Shown here: positions 34,941 through 48,772 of the stretch, piece after piece
Layout: each line of letters begins with the position of its first letter
Numbering within the stretch: the first letter of the stretch is position 1
DNA from: Veleropilina oligotropha
Taxonomy: Eukaryota
Assembly (NCBI GenBank): GCA_048128005.1
Contig: JBEUKZ010000104.1
Coordinates: forward strand, 1-64,000
Direction of reading: 5' to 3'
DNA length: 64,000 bases
The notes under the pieces: model-generated
Seen by the model: only the letters and a program-made list of their open reading frames with translations
The model's database searches: none
What the model was told of the DNA's origin: nothing
Position numbers and translations under genes: made by a program

Positions 34941-35199
34941 TACACTAGACGTTATGAATAAAAGACTCATTTCAAAAATTAAGAAGACATCGCAGGGGTA
35001 CGGATTTCATAATTTTTATTTGTGTATAATATCTATTCTGCATTCGTATCTACGTGCTACCTACAACATATTATGTTATACTAAATTTCATAAATAAACT
35101 GAATAAAAGGTGGCTAACAACAACGCTCATGTATGAATCAGTATGTAGTAATGCACTCATTGATAAAACATACAACAGAATGCAAATCTCTTGAAACAA

Positions 35200-36045
35200 A
35201 CCAAATTTGAATCAAATTGGTTGAGAACATTTCACTGTATAGCACATAACCAATTTCTTCAAAGCAAAATGGCCACCACGGCGGCCATCTTGAATCCGAA
35301 AACGACAAACATCGTTAAGCGGTGTGTCCTCATCATAATGAATGTGCATACCGAATTTGAATCAAATCGGAGTAGAAGTCTTCACTGTGGAACAGACCCA
35401 AGAAATATCTTCAAAAGAAAATGGCCACCATGGAAGCCATCTTGAACGCAAAACGACGACATGTCCTCATCATAATGAACGTGCATACTGATTTTTAATC
35501 AAATCAGAATAGAACTCTTCACTGTAGAGCGGATACAAGAAATATCTTCCAAACAAAATGGACACCACGGCGGCCACCTTGAATCCAAAAACGAAAAAAA
35601 ATCGTTAATCGGCGTGTCCACATCATAACCAATGTGCATACCGAATTTGAATGAAATCGGAATAGAACTCTTCACTGTAGAGCACACACAAGAAATTTCT
35701 TCAAAACAAAATAACGAAAATCGGTAGGTGGCGTGTCCTCATGAAAACTAACTTGCATACCGAATTCGAATCAAATCGGATTAACACTTTTCACTGTCGA
35801 GCGGACTTGAACCTAAAATTCACCTAAACTTCTATGTCCAAAGAGACCATCATATTTTCATTAATTATATAAAATTTTATTAAATATCATTGCCAGAGTA
35901 TCAGATGATATCCATATAACCTATAACAAAGCATACATACACTAAAAGGTCCCTTGGACAACCCATATACACTCAACGAAAAACTTTAACCAAATTGTTG
36001 ACGCCGGATGCCAGACGGTACAGAAACAATATGCCCTTTCGCCAC
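35200..36045. repeat. ~151-bp satellite array (AAAATGGCCACCACGGCAGCCATCTTG) in a HINE-like element
   Basis: Same unit and same downstream unique tail as 41040-42560. Confidence 0.8.
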
Positions 36046-36337
36046 AAATGACAAGTGAAGAGTAAAAAGTGAAGATTCATTCCTATGTAACATCAGCTGG
36101 TCAGAGAGGGCGGGTTTCCACGGGTGACCAGGCTTTTCTCCCGTGATATGGACATGTCCTGCTTTTATTTGAACCAATCGATGGTTGGAAATATACAGGA
36201 CATTAAGCATTGACCCTTTCCTTTCCTTTACTTTAGTATATAGATCTCCACAGTAAGGAAAGTTGTGTCACCATGGTGTACCAATTATTCATGAATTTAA
36301 GGCAAAATCAAAGATATCACAACACAAATGACAATAT

Positions 36338-39085
36338 GGGCCTTATGCGCAAGCCGAACTTTGAGTAAAGGCAAGCTTTCAGTAAAGTTTAAAATAGATT
36401 TACAATATAATTTGTTTGGGTTTTAACCATGTGGGAAGTGAATTACTGCCACTTTTAATAAAACCCATTGAATTCACAATGGGTGACCTACACTGTGTAC
36501 ACCATTGGGGTAAATTCTACACAATCAAATCAAGTGATTTTTCGGTGTACAAACATGGCCGACTTTGGTAACCAAACTGGTATTTGTTGAAGATTTCTTA
36601 TTAAATGACGACTGTTCGTTAATAACAACATCCCTGGATGAAAACCGTTCAGTTGCGAGCGTGAGCATTGTAGGCTTCTGGTGCATATTAATATTCCAGA
36701 TAGAGTAACAATAACTCGTAGGTGTACCCAAAAACATTTGTGTAATACTATATTGAAATTACATCCTTTGGAATTACAATATATAGAGGATCTCAAACGA
36801 GTGTCCATTTCATATGAGAATTATAAAACGAATCGGGCACAATTTATGTACCGAGCCTTGGTGAGGTACATAAATTTGCTGACGGGTTTCATAATTCTCA
36901 TATGAAATGGAAACAAGTTTGATATCTTCTTTATCACATGACTTTATTTACCTTTAAACTTATTTTATTGCATTTTTAAACTCATTTCTTAACGTTTTAA
37001 AATTAATTTATGTCAGTACTTTTAGCCATAAATTGCCATGCCGGAGACGCATCACGCTTCGAAAGCACGCGCCACGCCAGTAAAAAATAGATCAACATCT
37101 GTGTTTTGTCAGTAATAGACTAGTCAACGCGTATGAATTACGTAATATGCCAATTATGGTGATGCGCAACCTAATCAATTTCACGCCAGATGCGACAGAA
37201 GATGCACGCCCTCATTTGCATACTTATGTAACGTGTGATCATATTGAATTTATGAAATGGGCTTAGGCGTTGCATAACAGCTTTTTCATGCGATAATATC
37301 AAGTACTAAGTAGGTCTATGATTTTAACAATAAACCACTTACTGTAATATGCAACATCTTAGACAATATTAAATTAAGAAGTTTTTATTTTACTTAGGGC
37401 GTATAAGAAATTTATTTTATTTTATTTTTTCCGATGTCACAGCTTACAAGCACCTACAGAATTCCTCGTCTAAATTTAAAGATGTATTGCCCGTAATTAT
37501 GACATAATGCCATCAAATGCCTTACTTACCTATATGTAGATGTTATAAAAGCTTTGATGATTCAAAGTGAAAGAATCTACATTGCTTGTTGTTTTATAAT
37601 AAAAGCGGACCCGGTTTTATTATTTTTTACTTTTAATTCGTAGGAGCTTCAGGAACTCCGTCTAGAGAATTTTTTGGAAAAATTGAAAAGTTTCTAACTT
37701 TAGCCAACTGGCAAAAAGACGTTTTCGGTCTAAGGTTTAAAATTAAAAGCGTTTTTCACTACTTACGGGCTATACATCTTCAATTGAAATCAAATTTAAT
37801 TATGCGTCATATACATGCAGTTGTATGAAATAAGACTGTTATTATATGACAATGCAAGAGATTATTAGTGAGCTCAATATTATGATAGTGAAAATGACAG
37901 AAGATCCGTGTCCTCGAAACTGTTTATAATTTGGGCACGTGAGCCGCTCGTATACAGTTGACGGCATAATACATAACTTATTTGGGCCCTGAAATCTTCA
38001 TAACAAAATATGTCTCGTGTCAAATCGAATCACAGCACTTCATCCAGGTACGAAGCTTTCAGCTTAAAGGTGACAATTTGTTATAGTCTATTTGAGAATA
38101 AAAGTTATGAAAGTGGAAGGCCTAAACTGTACGAAACTGGTTAATATTATGAAATTTGAATTGAAATGGAATATTAAGCGACCACTATTTCCAGTAGGCC
38201 TAAACATTTATATGCAATTAATGCAGAACTGGTTATACGATTAATTTGTTAGATTACCAAATACAGTTCTAAACCTATATGACACAGAGATGGATAATAA
38301 AAATGTCATTATACATTATTGTGTACAGCATGTGTTTTTGTACTCATCAGGTTGTAATGAAATCACTTTTCACCACAACCTGAATTCTTACAATAAAGCC
38401 ACATACTGTACACAATAATGTATAATAACTTGATAATATTCAATAAGACGCCAACGAATACTGCATGGGTGAATGTTGACAAACTAACACTTCCACTTCA
38501 GAACCAAGCACTGCGAACAAGTCTGACTCTGGTGAACAAATACTTACATAATTAACGACTTCTAGTAGAATGAATTATTCGTAATTTTAATTACCTAACA
38601 TTACCATATATTCCCTAAGCCTACTTGAAAATTGTGTAATGTCGCTTATACAGAGAAATGTAGGCTACAATGAGCTTAGTGGAAAAGCTCGGAGAAAGTG
38701 TGTGAAAATTCTGACAAAACACAAGAAAAGTCTAAAATACTTTCGCTTTAATGGTAAATACCCATTCATCAATTTCATTTGTACCACAATTGTCGTGTCA
38801 AACAATTTGACTTATCAATAAGCAGTAGTTAGGCATTATATTGCGCTTAAATCAGAAAATGAATTTTGCGATTTATCAAATTTACTATTTATCCGGCATG
38901 TTACTTTCTACACTACACCTCGCACACCACCTTGGAAAAAGGTGTAGAATGGTGTATACCAGCTGGTGCACACTTTCTTGCTACACCACAGCACTTGATT
39001 TCGAAAAGTGTACACCAAACAAATTCAGTTATAAAACTATTTCAAAGCTTGACTTTACTCAAAGTGTGGCTTGCGCATACGGCCC
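36338..39085. mobile_element. Non-autonomous TIR element with Harbinger-like GGGCC ends
   Basis: GGGCCTTATGCGCAAGCCGAACTTTGAGTAAAGGCAAGCTTT versus inverted AAAGCTTGACTTTACTCAAAGTGTGGCTTGCGCATACGGCCC. TSD imperfect. Confidence 0.55.
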
Positions 39086-39644
39086 TTACTTGGATAAGGG
39101 TTGCATTTTCATTCTGTAGTTCTACCCACTCTTGTCGGAATAGAACAATCCTAACTCGTGTAAAATTACAAATCACACCCTGTTATGCAGGATTAGACCC
39201 AGCTCGGTATATTTACAACCTCGTCACATTAGTCAGAGCATTCAAGCCAGTGATTTCAGAGTGGGAACTTTAGATCACATGGCTACCAGAACGGCCCAGT
39301 TATACAGAGGCAAATAATGGACTAATAGTTAAAGGTGTATATATACGCCTAGACAGACAATAAGTATGTTGTTAAAAATATCTACTATAATTGTTTGGAA
39401 CAAATAGTAACTATTTATTTATATCAATTATCAGGCATATCAATTGAGTCCTGAAACGAAACAACGCTGCATGCTTTGGAAACTAGGTTCATTACACAAG
39501 TACGAATCGAACTCATGTTTCTGAAATTGTAGTGGTGTAAAAACACTTGGCCATGCTACTGTAAATATCACCATGGGACGTAACCAACGGAGAAATTCTT
39601 CATGAATACCATGATTGTACATGCCTGTCTCCAAGGTCCTCGAG

Positions 39645-39787
39645 TCAACCACGATCTCCTCTGCCACCGCCCCGGTCGCCTCCCCTTCCTCCGCGATTGC
39701 CCCAGCGTCCACGGAATCTGCCACCCCCGCATCGGTCACCGCCACGACCTCGGAATCTGCCATGAGCAAAGCCCCGCCCGCGGAACC
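39645..39787 (-). CDS. FET-family RNA-binding protein, last predicted exon (RGG box, stop TGA)
   Basis: cag|GG TTC CGC...: GFRGRGFAHGRFRGRGGDRCGGGRFRGRWGNRGGRGGDRGGGRGDRG*. Phase matches the previous exon. Confidence 0.7.
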
Positions 39788-39941
39788 CTGACGAGAAAGA
39801 AGACATCATTTCAGCGACTTATCAGTGTCCAATTCATGTTACTAAAATAACCTATTACCTTGCACATTCTGTATTTGCCATGGAAAAATACTTTATATAA
39901 CAATGCAATACTATTAGCTAGCAAAATCTTTTATAACTAAC

Positions 39942-40033
39942 CGGATTCGCCAATGCTCTCATCAGAGCCAGACTTTGCAGTGTTGCAGAGGTTGCAGTTG
40001 TTTCTCCACACTAAGTTGCTGTTTCCACATGAT
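39942..40033 (-). CDS. FET-family exon: second half of the RanBP2 zinc finger
   Basis: ttcag|A TCA TGT...: SCGNSNLVWRNNCNLCNTAKSGSDESIGES, donor GTTAGT; phase 2 in, phase 1 out. Confidence 0.8.
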
Positions 40034-41039
40034 CTGAATAACACATTAAAGATACCCATGTCATTTTGGCCAATTAAATTCAATTCCCAGATTGCATACC
40101 TGTCACTTCTGCCTATATCGTCGGTAGTTTGCCGACGAAAGCCTATTTTTTTATTTGCCGATCGGCAGATACCAAAACACTAATATCTACCAACATGAGG
40201 AAATGTTCTCAATTGAATATAATAATTTTGTTTTAGTTCATTTGAAACATTCTTTAATTAAGCTGCATTGATTACCACTTCGATTCAATTGTCCCGATAA
40301 CAATGGATGCCAACACGCAACACTGAACAGGCTTGTGAAAGTCGACCCATAGGGTGAATAGCTTGGATGATAAGGGGATGTCTATTATGTTTGTCCCGAA
40401 AGTAATAACAGATGATGATTAAAAGAAACTAACGATTAAGGGAAAATAGGGTTTAATATAGTATATATATGCCTTTCATAATATAATAATGATAATTGCA
40501 GGACGCTGTTTTAAAATGAGAACCTACCTTACCCTCATTTGGCATAGTCCATTAAAAACGAAAGATGGTAAATCTTTATTTTATTGCATGCTTGGTTGGC
40601 ATGCAGTGTAAATATTAACTAGAACGTCAAAGCCATGAAATGGCTCGCATGACTCATATATTTCAATAGTACTGTAGCCATCCCAGCTCTAAAACAACCA
40701 AAGTAATATAATGTTCTATGACGTTGGATTCACCATTATAACCCTTCGTATGCGACTACCGTATGTATGTGGGCCCATGCCCTTCCCTGTACACGGCTCA
40801 CATATAAGTAAACAGTCAAAATATAGTGCCCTAAAAACTACATGCAGAGTCAAAATAAATTCCACACAGGAAACGTTAAGAAACCAATATATTTTGACAA
40901 GCAGACTGCAAAACTCTTAATACACATATTTTATAATTAAGTGGAAGCATAAATTTGTTGATTTATAGTAATGCATGGCTCTGTGATAATAGTGACCAAG
41001 ATATAATGTTAATCAGCAACATTGAATTATTGGAATCTT

Positions 41040-42560
41040 CAAAACAAAATGGCCACCACGGCAGCCATCTTGAATCCAAAAACGACAAAAATCGTTAGGC
41101 GGTGTGTCCTCATCATAATGAACGTGCATACTGATTTTGAATCAAATCAGAATAGAACTCTTCATTGTAGAGCGGATACAAGAAATTTCTTCAAAACAAA
41201 ATGGTCACCACGATGGCCATCTTGAATCCAAAACGACGAATATCATTACACGGCGTGTCCTCATAATAACTAACGTCCATACCGAATTTGAATGAGATCG
41301 GATAAGAACTTTCCTCTATAGAGCGCACACAAGAAAACTCTTCAAAACAAAATGCCCACCATGGCGGCCTTCTTTAATAAAAACGATGACAATCGTTAGG
41401 TGGCATGCCCTCATCTTAACTCATCAACATGCACACCGAATTTGAATCCAATAGAATTAGAAATTTTCATTGTCGAGTGCAAACAAGAAATCTATTCAAA
41501 ACAAAATGGTTGCCAGGGCAGCCATCTTGAATCCGAAAATCGATAGGTGTCGTGTCCTCATCATACCAAAAGTGTATATCTAATTTGATTGAAATAGGAT
41601 AAGAACTTTTTACTATAGAGCTCACAAAAGGTATACTTTCAAAACAAAATGGCCACCACGGCAGCCATCTTGAATCCAAAAATGACAAAAATCGTTAGGA
41701 GGTGTGTCCTCATCATAATGAACATGCATACCGAATTTGAATGAAATCGGAATAGAACTCTTCACTGTAGAACAGACACAAGAAATATCTTCAAAACAAA
41801 ATGGCCACCATGGCAGCCATCTTGAATGCAAAATGACTAAAATCGTTAGACGGCATGTCCTCATCATAATGAACGTGCATACTGATTTTGAATCAAATCA
41901 GAATAGAACTCTTCAGTGTAGAACGGATACAAGAAATATCTTCGAAACAAAATGGCCACCACGGCAGCCATCTTGAATCCGAAAACGACGATAATCGTTA
42001 GTCGGCGTGTCCACATCATAACGAAGGTGCATACCGAATTTGAATGAAAGCAGAATAGAACTCTTCACTGTAGAGCACACACAAGAAATTTCTTCAAAAC
42101 AAAATGGCCACCACGCTGGCCATCTTGAATCCAAAAACGACGAAAATCGTTAGTCGGCGTGTGCACATCATAACGAATGTGCATACTAAATTTGAATGAA
42201 ATCGGAATAGAACTCTTCACTGTAGAGCACACACACATGAAAACTAACTTGCATACCGAATTTGAATCAAATCGGATTAGAACTTTTCACTGTAGAGCGG
42301 ACACAAAAAACTTTAACCTAAAATTCACCTAAACTTCTATGTCCAAAGAGACCATCATATTTTCATTAATTATATAAAATTGTATTAAATATCATTGCCA
42401 GAGTATCAGATGATATTCATATAATCTATAACAAAGCATACATACACTAAAAAGTCCCTTGGAAAACCCATATACACTCAACGAAAAACTTTAACCAAAT
42501 TGTTGATGCCGGACGGTACAGAAACAATATGCCCTTTCGCCTTCGGCGCGGGCATAAAAA
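41040..42560. repeat. ~151-bp satellite array (about 8 copies) with a HINE-type end
   Basis: Units start near 41047, 41198, ... 41646, 41798; ends ATGCCC..GGGCATAAAAA. Confidence 0.85.
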
Positions 42561-43224
42561 TTGCGACGTAGACATGACTGTGTTAAAGTTTTATTTGACA
42601 AGTTACAGTATACCACATGCCATGCACTATGTACATAAGCACACATACTATTATGTTAATCAAATTTAAAGATAAAAAGACATTATAGCATCAACAGAAA
42701 ATTTTGACCAAAACTTTAACAAAATATTTTTTAAATCCAGAACTAGCATTTTGAAGTATAATTAGATTTAAATTACATTCAATATTAGTGTTATAGTGTC
42801 ATGTAGCATTGGAGAAGAATAAAAATGATGATAAAGAGTGCACATGTTTGCCTATATTGAAAAGCATTATTTAAAACTAACATTCAATATTTCTAAGTCC
42901 AAAAGCAGCAATTTGAAGTAAAATTTTATTTAAATTACATTCAATATTACTGTTATAGTGTTGTGCAACATGGTAATAGACATATCTACAATAAAAAGAA
43001 AGCACATGGTTACCTATATAGCATGATTGAAAAACTTTAACATTCACAGCGGAGAGCCAGACAGACAGACGGACGGACATCATCATTACATATGCCTGCA
43101 CCTGCTTTGCATGCAAGCCATACATAGAAAGCATGAAGAGAGTGTAACCTTGATAAAAAAAACTTCAACATTTAACTTTATAAAATTTCCCAAGTTAAAA
43201 TCTCACATAATTTCTATTTTGGAG

Positions 43225-43488
43225 GAGGAGGAAGGAGGAATTATGCTTAATGTCCTGTATATTTATAACATCGAGGTTCAAGGCAGGACATGTCCGTGTT
43301 ATCGCGGGAGGAAACCCGGTCGCCGGGTAAACCCGCCCTCTTCGGCCAGTCACGGACAACTGTGCTTCATAACTTGAACAAATGTGTGCTGCCTCAGCCG
43401 GGGGTCGATCCCACTACTGTTCGCGTCAGCGGAAACAATCCAGTGAATTTAGAGTGGACACTCTACCCACTGCGCTACCGAAGCGGCC
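43225..43488 (-). mobile_element. tRNA-derived SINE family 2, full length with TSD
   Basis: 12-bp TSD TCTATTTTGGAG (43213-24 and 43489-500); empty site in the paralogous copy near 57423. Confidence 0.85.
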
Positions 43489-44336
43489 TCTATTTTGGAG
43501 ATAAAATAGATTTAATTTACCTTAAATAATACTGCTCTGGTGGCATGGGATATTGAAATAAACATATCTAATGTTCAATGAAGCTAAAACTTTCAATGAC
43601 AGGTATTATATAGCATCATTGAAAAACTTTAACAAAATAATTTCTATGTCCAGAAAAATCACTTTTGATTTAAATTACATTCAATATTACTGTCATAGTG
43701 TAGGGCAATATTGCAGTAGACATTATGTCAAATAATACGCTGATAAAGAGTGCACATGTTTGCCTATATATAGTATTATTGAAAAACTTTAACATTTAAA
43801 ATGTCTTATGTCCAAAAGCAGCATTTTGAAGCAAAATTGTATTTAAATTACATTCAATATTAATAGTGTAGTGTTGTGCAACATGGGAATAGACATATCT
43901 ACAATACACTTATGATAAAGAGAGCACAGGATTGCCTATATAGCATAATTGAAAAACTTTAACATTCACTGCGGACGGCCGGACAGACGGACGGACGGAC
44001 GGACGTACATCATCATTACATAGGCTCGCATCTGCGTTGCATGAGAGCCAAAAATGACATATAATAGAAGGGAAAAAAGTAAAATTGAATCGTGGAAATT
44101 AAATAAACAAGCTAAGAATTTGACTTTCAGTATGTCACAAAGGGAGATAACTGTGTGTGTCAAATTTTCTCCATAGTGAGCCGGAGCCACTATTGTTTCG
44201 AGTTCATGAAACTAGAAACCCATTGGTGTAATGGTTATAAAAAAGATAAAAATATGCAGTTTATCGCTCCATTAAAATGTCTGCAGTCAAAATTTAAGCT
44301 ATGTATTTATTGAAATAAAATAAATCTGACTTTAAA

Positions 44337-45678
44337 CTCTTTGGCAGCGAATCGGGTCAAAAACGAATCGAAAATCAATATACATTAGACCTTATGAATA
44401 TTTAGTAGCCATGATGCCCATACTATTTCCTGACATGCGTACATGTGCAGAGTATTTACTATCGAAGGGAAATCGATCAAAAACTGTTGTTTACTACCAA
44501 GATTTATGTTGTTTAGCAAATATAAAGATTAGTGTTTACGTTTGGACATCAGTATATGGAAGTAGGAACTTATCGCAATGTATATCATTACTTTTACATA
44601 ATGAATACCCGTGAAAAGCTATGCAGAAGCGTGAACTATGTTACTAGAAGACCACATGTATGTCGAAGAATGAGGTCAACCAGCATAGGTCAACATGACA
44701 GCACTGGTCAATGGATTGACCCTGGAAGCCATGCCCCCTACATTGATCAGCTGATATCGATGTTTAATTTTCGGCTAATAATTACATAACAAAGATGGTA
44801 AATATATTTGATTACACAATAAATGTTTATAGACTAATTACGAACTGCTATTACATATGTAGCATTTGATTGAACACTGATATTTACAAGCAATGTTTGC
44901 ATTTCTGTACTTGACCTCTTTTGCATGACGTCATTGATATGGAAATGTATTTGTGTGACGTACCTCTGTTTGACACTTGACAACACCGTTATATAATAAG
45001 TATAATTTCTAAATTAGTTATTTTATTGCATGTGAATATATACTAGAAAAGTTATGTTTATAATATTTATTTATATATATAAATATATATACACACACGC
45101 ACACATGTATATACAATTACACACATATATATATACACGCACACACATATGTGCACACGTGCATCCATTTATAACTAACAAGATGAAGTAATATTAATGT
45201 TTCTATAATTTTATTACAGCCTGATCTGAGGAATGCAAGCTGGGTTCGACTGTACCCCCCCAAATTTTCTCAATTTTTTGGTATCTAGTGTTTTTCATAT
45301 TTCAAAAGTAAAAATAGAAATAATTGGTTTACACCATACATTTTTTTTATATAATTCAATTTATGGACAAGCATAGTCATTATGACCAAATATTGTTCCA
45401 CATGTTATCTGTAAATTTGTAATATGACATATATCTGAAAATATATTAAATTTTATTTTGTTTATTTTTTGTAATTGTTATTTGTGAGCCACCCTGTAAA
45501 AATATGATGTAACAATGCAACCATTACACAACATTACTTTGAAGATCATTCTATTATCTTTCATGTGATATATAGTTTGTATGGGTTATGGGCAGGAATA
45601 TATGTGTCATATAGTGCATCTACAAATATCCTATGGCAAACTAAAGGTTTTTCCCAATTAAATTCAGCTGCCAAAGAG
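44337..45678. mobile_element. piggyBac-like non-autonomous element
   Basis: TIR CTCTTTGGCAGC / GCTGCCAAAGAG; right flank TTAA, left flank TTAAA. Confidence 0.6.
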
Positions 45679-45743
45679 TTAATATGACAGGGCGTATATA
45701 TAGACAGAGGCGGCGGAACGATTTTCACATTGGGGGGGCCCTA

Positions 45744-46000
45744 CAGGGGCGGATCCAGACAATATGTTTGACTACTGCCCTATGGATTGAATGCATGAAC
45801 ATACTCCTAATCGGCGTGGGGTTTGGGGCCCGCACTAGGGCCCCACCAGATAATTTTAGTGTTTTTGGATGCCTTTTAAGCAATCTGAAGCTTCCGATTT
45901 TAATAATATCATTAAATTTTATTTTGGATTTTTCACACATTTGCTATAAAATCTGACTACCGCCCGGGCGTAGGTGGCCGGTACCGTGGATCCGCCCCTG
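45744..46000. mobile_element. hAT-like MITE (inner)
   Basis: TIR CAGGGGCGGATCCA / TGGATCCGCCCCTG; CCCTA on both flanks. TIR tip shared with the hAT at 10317-13353. Confidence 0.8.
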
Positions 46001-46786
46001 CCCTAAACAAGACTCTTTGCCTTACCACCATGTTAGGGGGGTATCTTTAACCAAGGCAGCGTGAGCGGCCGTAGGCCGCGAACATCTAGGGGGGTTTGGG
46101 GGCATGCACCCCCAAGATTTTTTTAATTTAGAAGCTCTGAAAAGCGTTCTCCTGCATTATAGGACAAAAATTGACATTTTTTGCCTCAAAATTTCATGTT
46201 TGGAGAGGAGAAATTATTAAAAACATGTTAAAATAATCGATAATAATAGTACTATCCCACATATTTTGCTGCATTCTGGAATATAAATTTACTACGTACT
46301 TCGTTTGTTCAATACTATTTTTACCGACACTATATTACGGGCATGGTTTACAAGTGTTCTAGGGAGGAATTATGATGGCGAATCGCTGATAAGATAACGA
46401 AATAACTTGTTCAACTGCAGCAATTGTCTAGCTAATGCCGGAAATCTCGCATTGAAATGTCTTTATATTGATTACGCTTACAAAACTATGAACGAAATAG
46501 CTAGGGCCAACTTTGCAAGTGATAATTATTCGCGAAATCGACCATGGCAAAGATTGTGATAGTGTGATGACGTTAGCATTCAGCTTATGCGAGGGTACTT
46601 GCTTCAAAAATATTAGAGGGGTAAATACCCCCCTTAACTGTCGCGACGCCCCTGCACCCATTCGCACAATCTTCAAAGCATCAACTGCGAAACTATTATA
46701 CTGCCTGTCTTTAATGCCAGCATTAGGATTATGTTACGTTAATGACAACACTGCCAACACTTCTATCTAACGCTCATTACAATTAT

Positions 46787-47028
46787 GGGGGCAGCGTGGC
46801 CGAGTGGATACGGTGCTGGTTCGCAAACCAACGTGTCGTGGGTTCGAGCCCCGGGAGCGCCGGAATTTTTCCCATGCATCGCTGTCCCATTACATACAAC
46901 ACCATCTGCAAATCACAGATCTACTCACATAGCACCAAATGATCTCATCAAGTTGATTGACCCGATGTATAACTGAAATACTGTTGGCGTGGTCCGTTAA
47001 ACATCAATTCATCATCATCATCATCATC
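46787..47028 (+). mobile_element. tRNA-derived SINE family 1
   Basis: A box TGGCCGAGTGG, B box GGTTCGAGCC, unique body, (CAT)n tail. Confidence 0.85.
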
Positions 47029-47886
47029 ACAATATTTCTCCCTACTTGTAATACGTTATTAATTTAATACTTCCAAAATATTTGGGCCCCTAGATATTTG
47101 TATTGGGGGGGCCCGGCCCCCCCGGTTCCGCCGCCTCTGATAGAGGTGTGTATAAATCAGCAATAGAGGCTCCGATGCTTTTAAACAATTTAAGCCCAAA
47201 TATGGCCATATATGTTTTGTTTTATTACAGATATATTCTTAAATTTAGCTAGCTGGCGTATTTTTACTATTTTTATTAATTTATGCCATTTATAACATAA
47301 CATGAATATTTTCATATCAGGTAGTATCATATAAAAAAAACAATAAAGGCTCCGCACAATATGTATAATTTAAATGCAAGATTATTATACACAATTTAAT
47401 GAATTATTATCTTTAGTGACTGGCCTAAATCGCCAAGATGTAAAATTAGATTTTAGTTCATGTTTATTTTACGCATAACACATGTTTTTACAATGGTGCC
47501 ACTATTGTGGATTTTTTTATACATGGAGCCTCTATTGTGGAATCCAGCGTTATATATATATATGCATGAATACACGGGTACACAGTAGTCTTCTCATTAA
47601 TTAGTCGAGGAAAAAATCTACCTATGGGACAATGTCAAATGTTGACAGGTATGAGATTGTATAATAAAACTCTGAGTATAACAGACATGGTGCATTTTAA
47701 TATTCATTGAAAAATGTGAATTGCCTATTAAACATGTTGAGTCATGATACAATCAATAATCACCGATTACTGTAGATAAAGAGGAGGATTGAATATCTCA
47801 TTTGTTCAAGACTAAAGCAGCCAAACAGCGGAGTGTTGGTTCAAGTGGAGCTCACCATTTTTGCGTCCTTTTTTCAGAATACTTAC

Positions 47887-47950
47887 GGGTTGGAGCATTT
47901 CCAATAGGCTTGTCGGTCGCCACCGCTTTCGCTCCCTCCATCTCCACCAC
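47887..47950 (-). CDS. FET-family exon: first half of the RanBP2 zinc finger
   Basis: ttgcag|GT GGT...: GGGDGGSESGGDRQAYWKCSNP, donor GTAAGT, phase 2 out. Confidence 0.8.
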
Positions 47951-48074
47951 CTGCAACGAGGGAAAGCATGTTACGAACGAAAATGCTATGAAATATATGG
48001 AATCTGGTCACACTGGCTATGAATCAAAGTGCTGCAGTACTCGAGTCATAAAATGAGATAATGAATCTCAACAA

Positions 48075-48772
48075 TTTACAATAGATGTCTGATCACATGC
48101 CCCTACGAAAGCATTTGACTCAGGAACAGGTGTTGCATACGCACAAGAAGTTTCGTGTCCCTCAGTCAAATAGTATTGAAGATATGGAGCGGTAGGGAAT
48201 TTTAGACTGAATGCGGTGAAGTGTGAAAAGTAGGTTGCTGTGACCTACTTTCGGTACGCCACACCTTTCGGTTATGACGCATACACATGTGAGTTTCGTG
48301 TCCCTCGGTCAAATAGTATGGGACATATGGAGCGGAAGGGAATTTTGGATCAAATGCGGTCGTAGGTCAAACTTTCGGCATGTGACACACCTTTGGGTTA
48401 TGACGCATACACACATCAAGTTTCATATCCCTCGGTCAAATAGTATGGGAGATATGGAGCAGAAGAAAATTTTGGATTAAGTGCATACAAGCATGAAAAG
48501 TAGGTCGTGGAGACCTACTTTCGGAACACATCAAGTTTCATGTCCCTCGGTCAAATAGTATGGGAGAGATATGGAACGGAAGGGAATTCTGGATTAAATT
48601 CAGTCAAGCATGAAAAGTAGGTCGTGGTGACCTACTTCCAGTACGCGACACACCTTTGGGTTATGACGTGCACACAATTAAGTTTCATATTCCTCGGTCA
48701 AATAGTATCGGAGATATGGAGCGGTGCCGACTGCTATATGCTCCCCTAAACTTCGTTTGTGGGGGCATAATA
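48075..48772. repeat. HINE-like element with ~115-145-bp tandem units
   Basis: CCCTCGGTCAAATAGTATGGGA recurs 5 times; terminal hairpin ...GGGGGCATAA. Confidence 0.65.

Larger units (their letters stand above)
40617..44054 (-). mobile_element. Large HINE-like element, family B copy 1, with nested satellite element and SINE
   Basis: AACTAGAACGTC..GGCTCGCATG start, (GGAC)n, terminal hairpin GGCTCGCAT..ATGAGAGCC-AAAAA. Body 42595-44054 is homologous to 56815-58875. Confidence 0.65.
45705..47139. mobile_element. hAT-like MITE (outer) with a nested MITE and a SINE
   Basis: TIR CAGAGGCGGCGGAAC / GTTCCGCCGCCTCTG; ATAGA on both flanks. Confidence 0.75.

Noticed and set aside
39440..39769. 109-aa ORF MLMADSEVVAV...
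   Set aside because: Alternative frame of the RGG-coding exon.
46787..46865. tRNA gene
   Set aside because: Has A and B boxes but no convincing acceptor stem. It continues into a body and (CAT)n tail shared with copies at 31029 and 22724, so it is a SINE.
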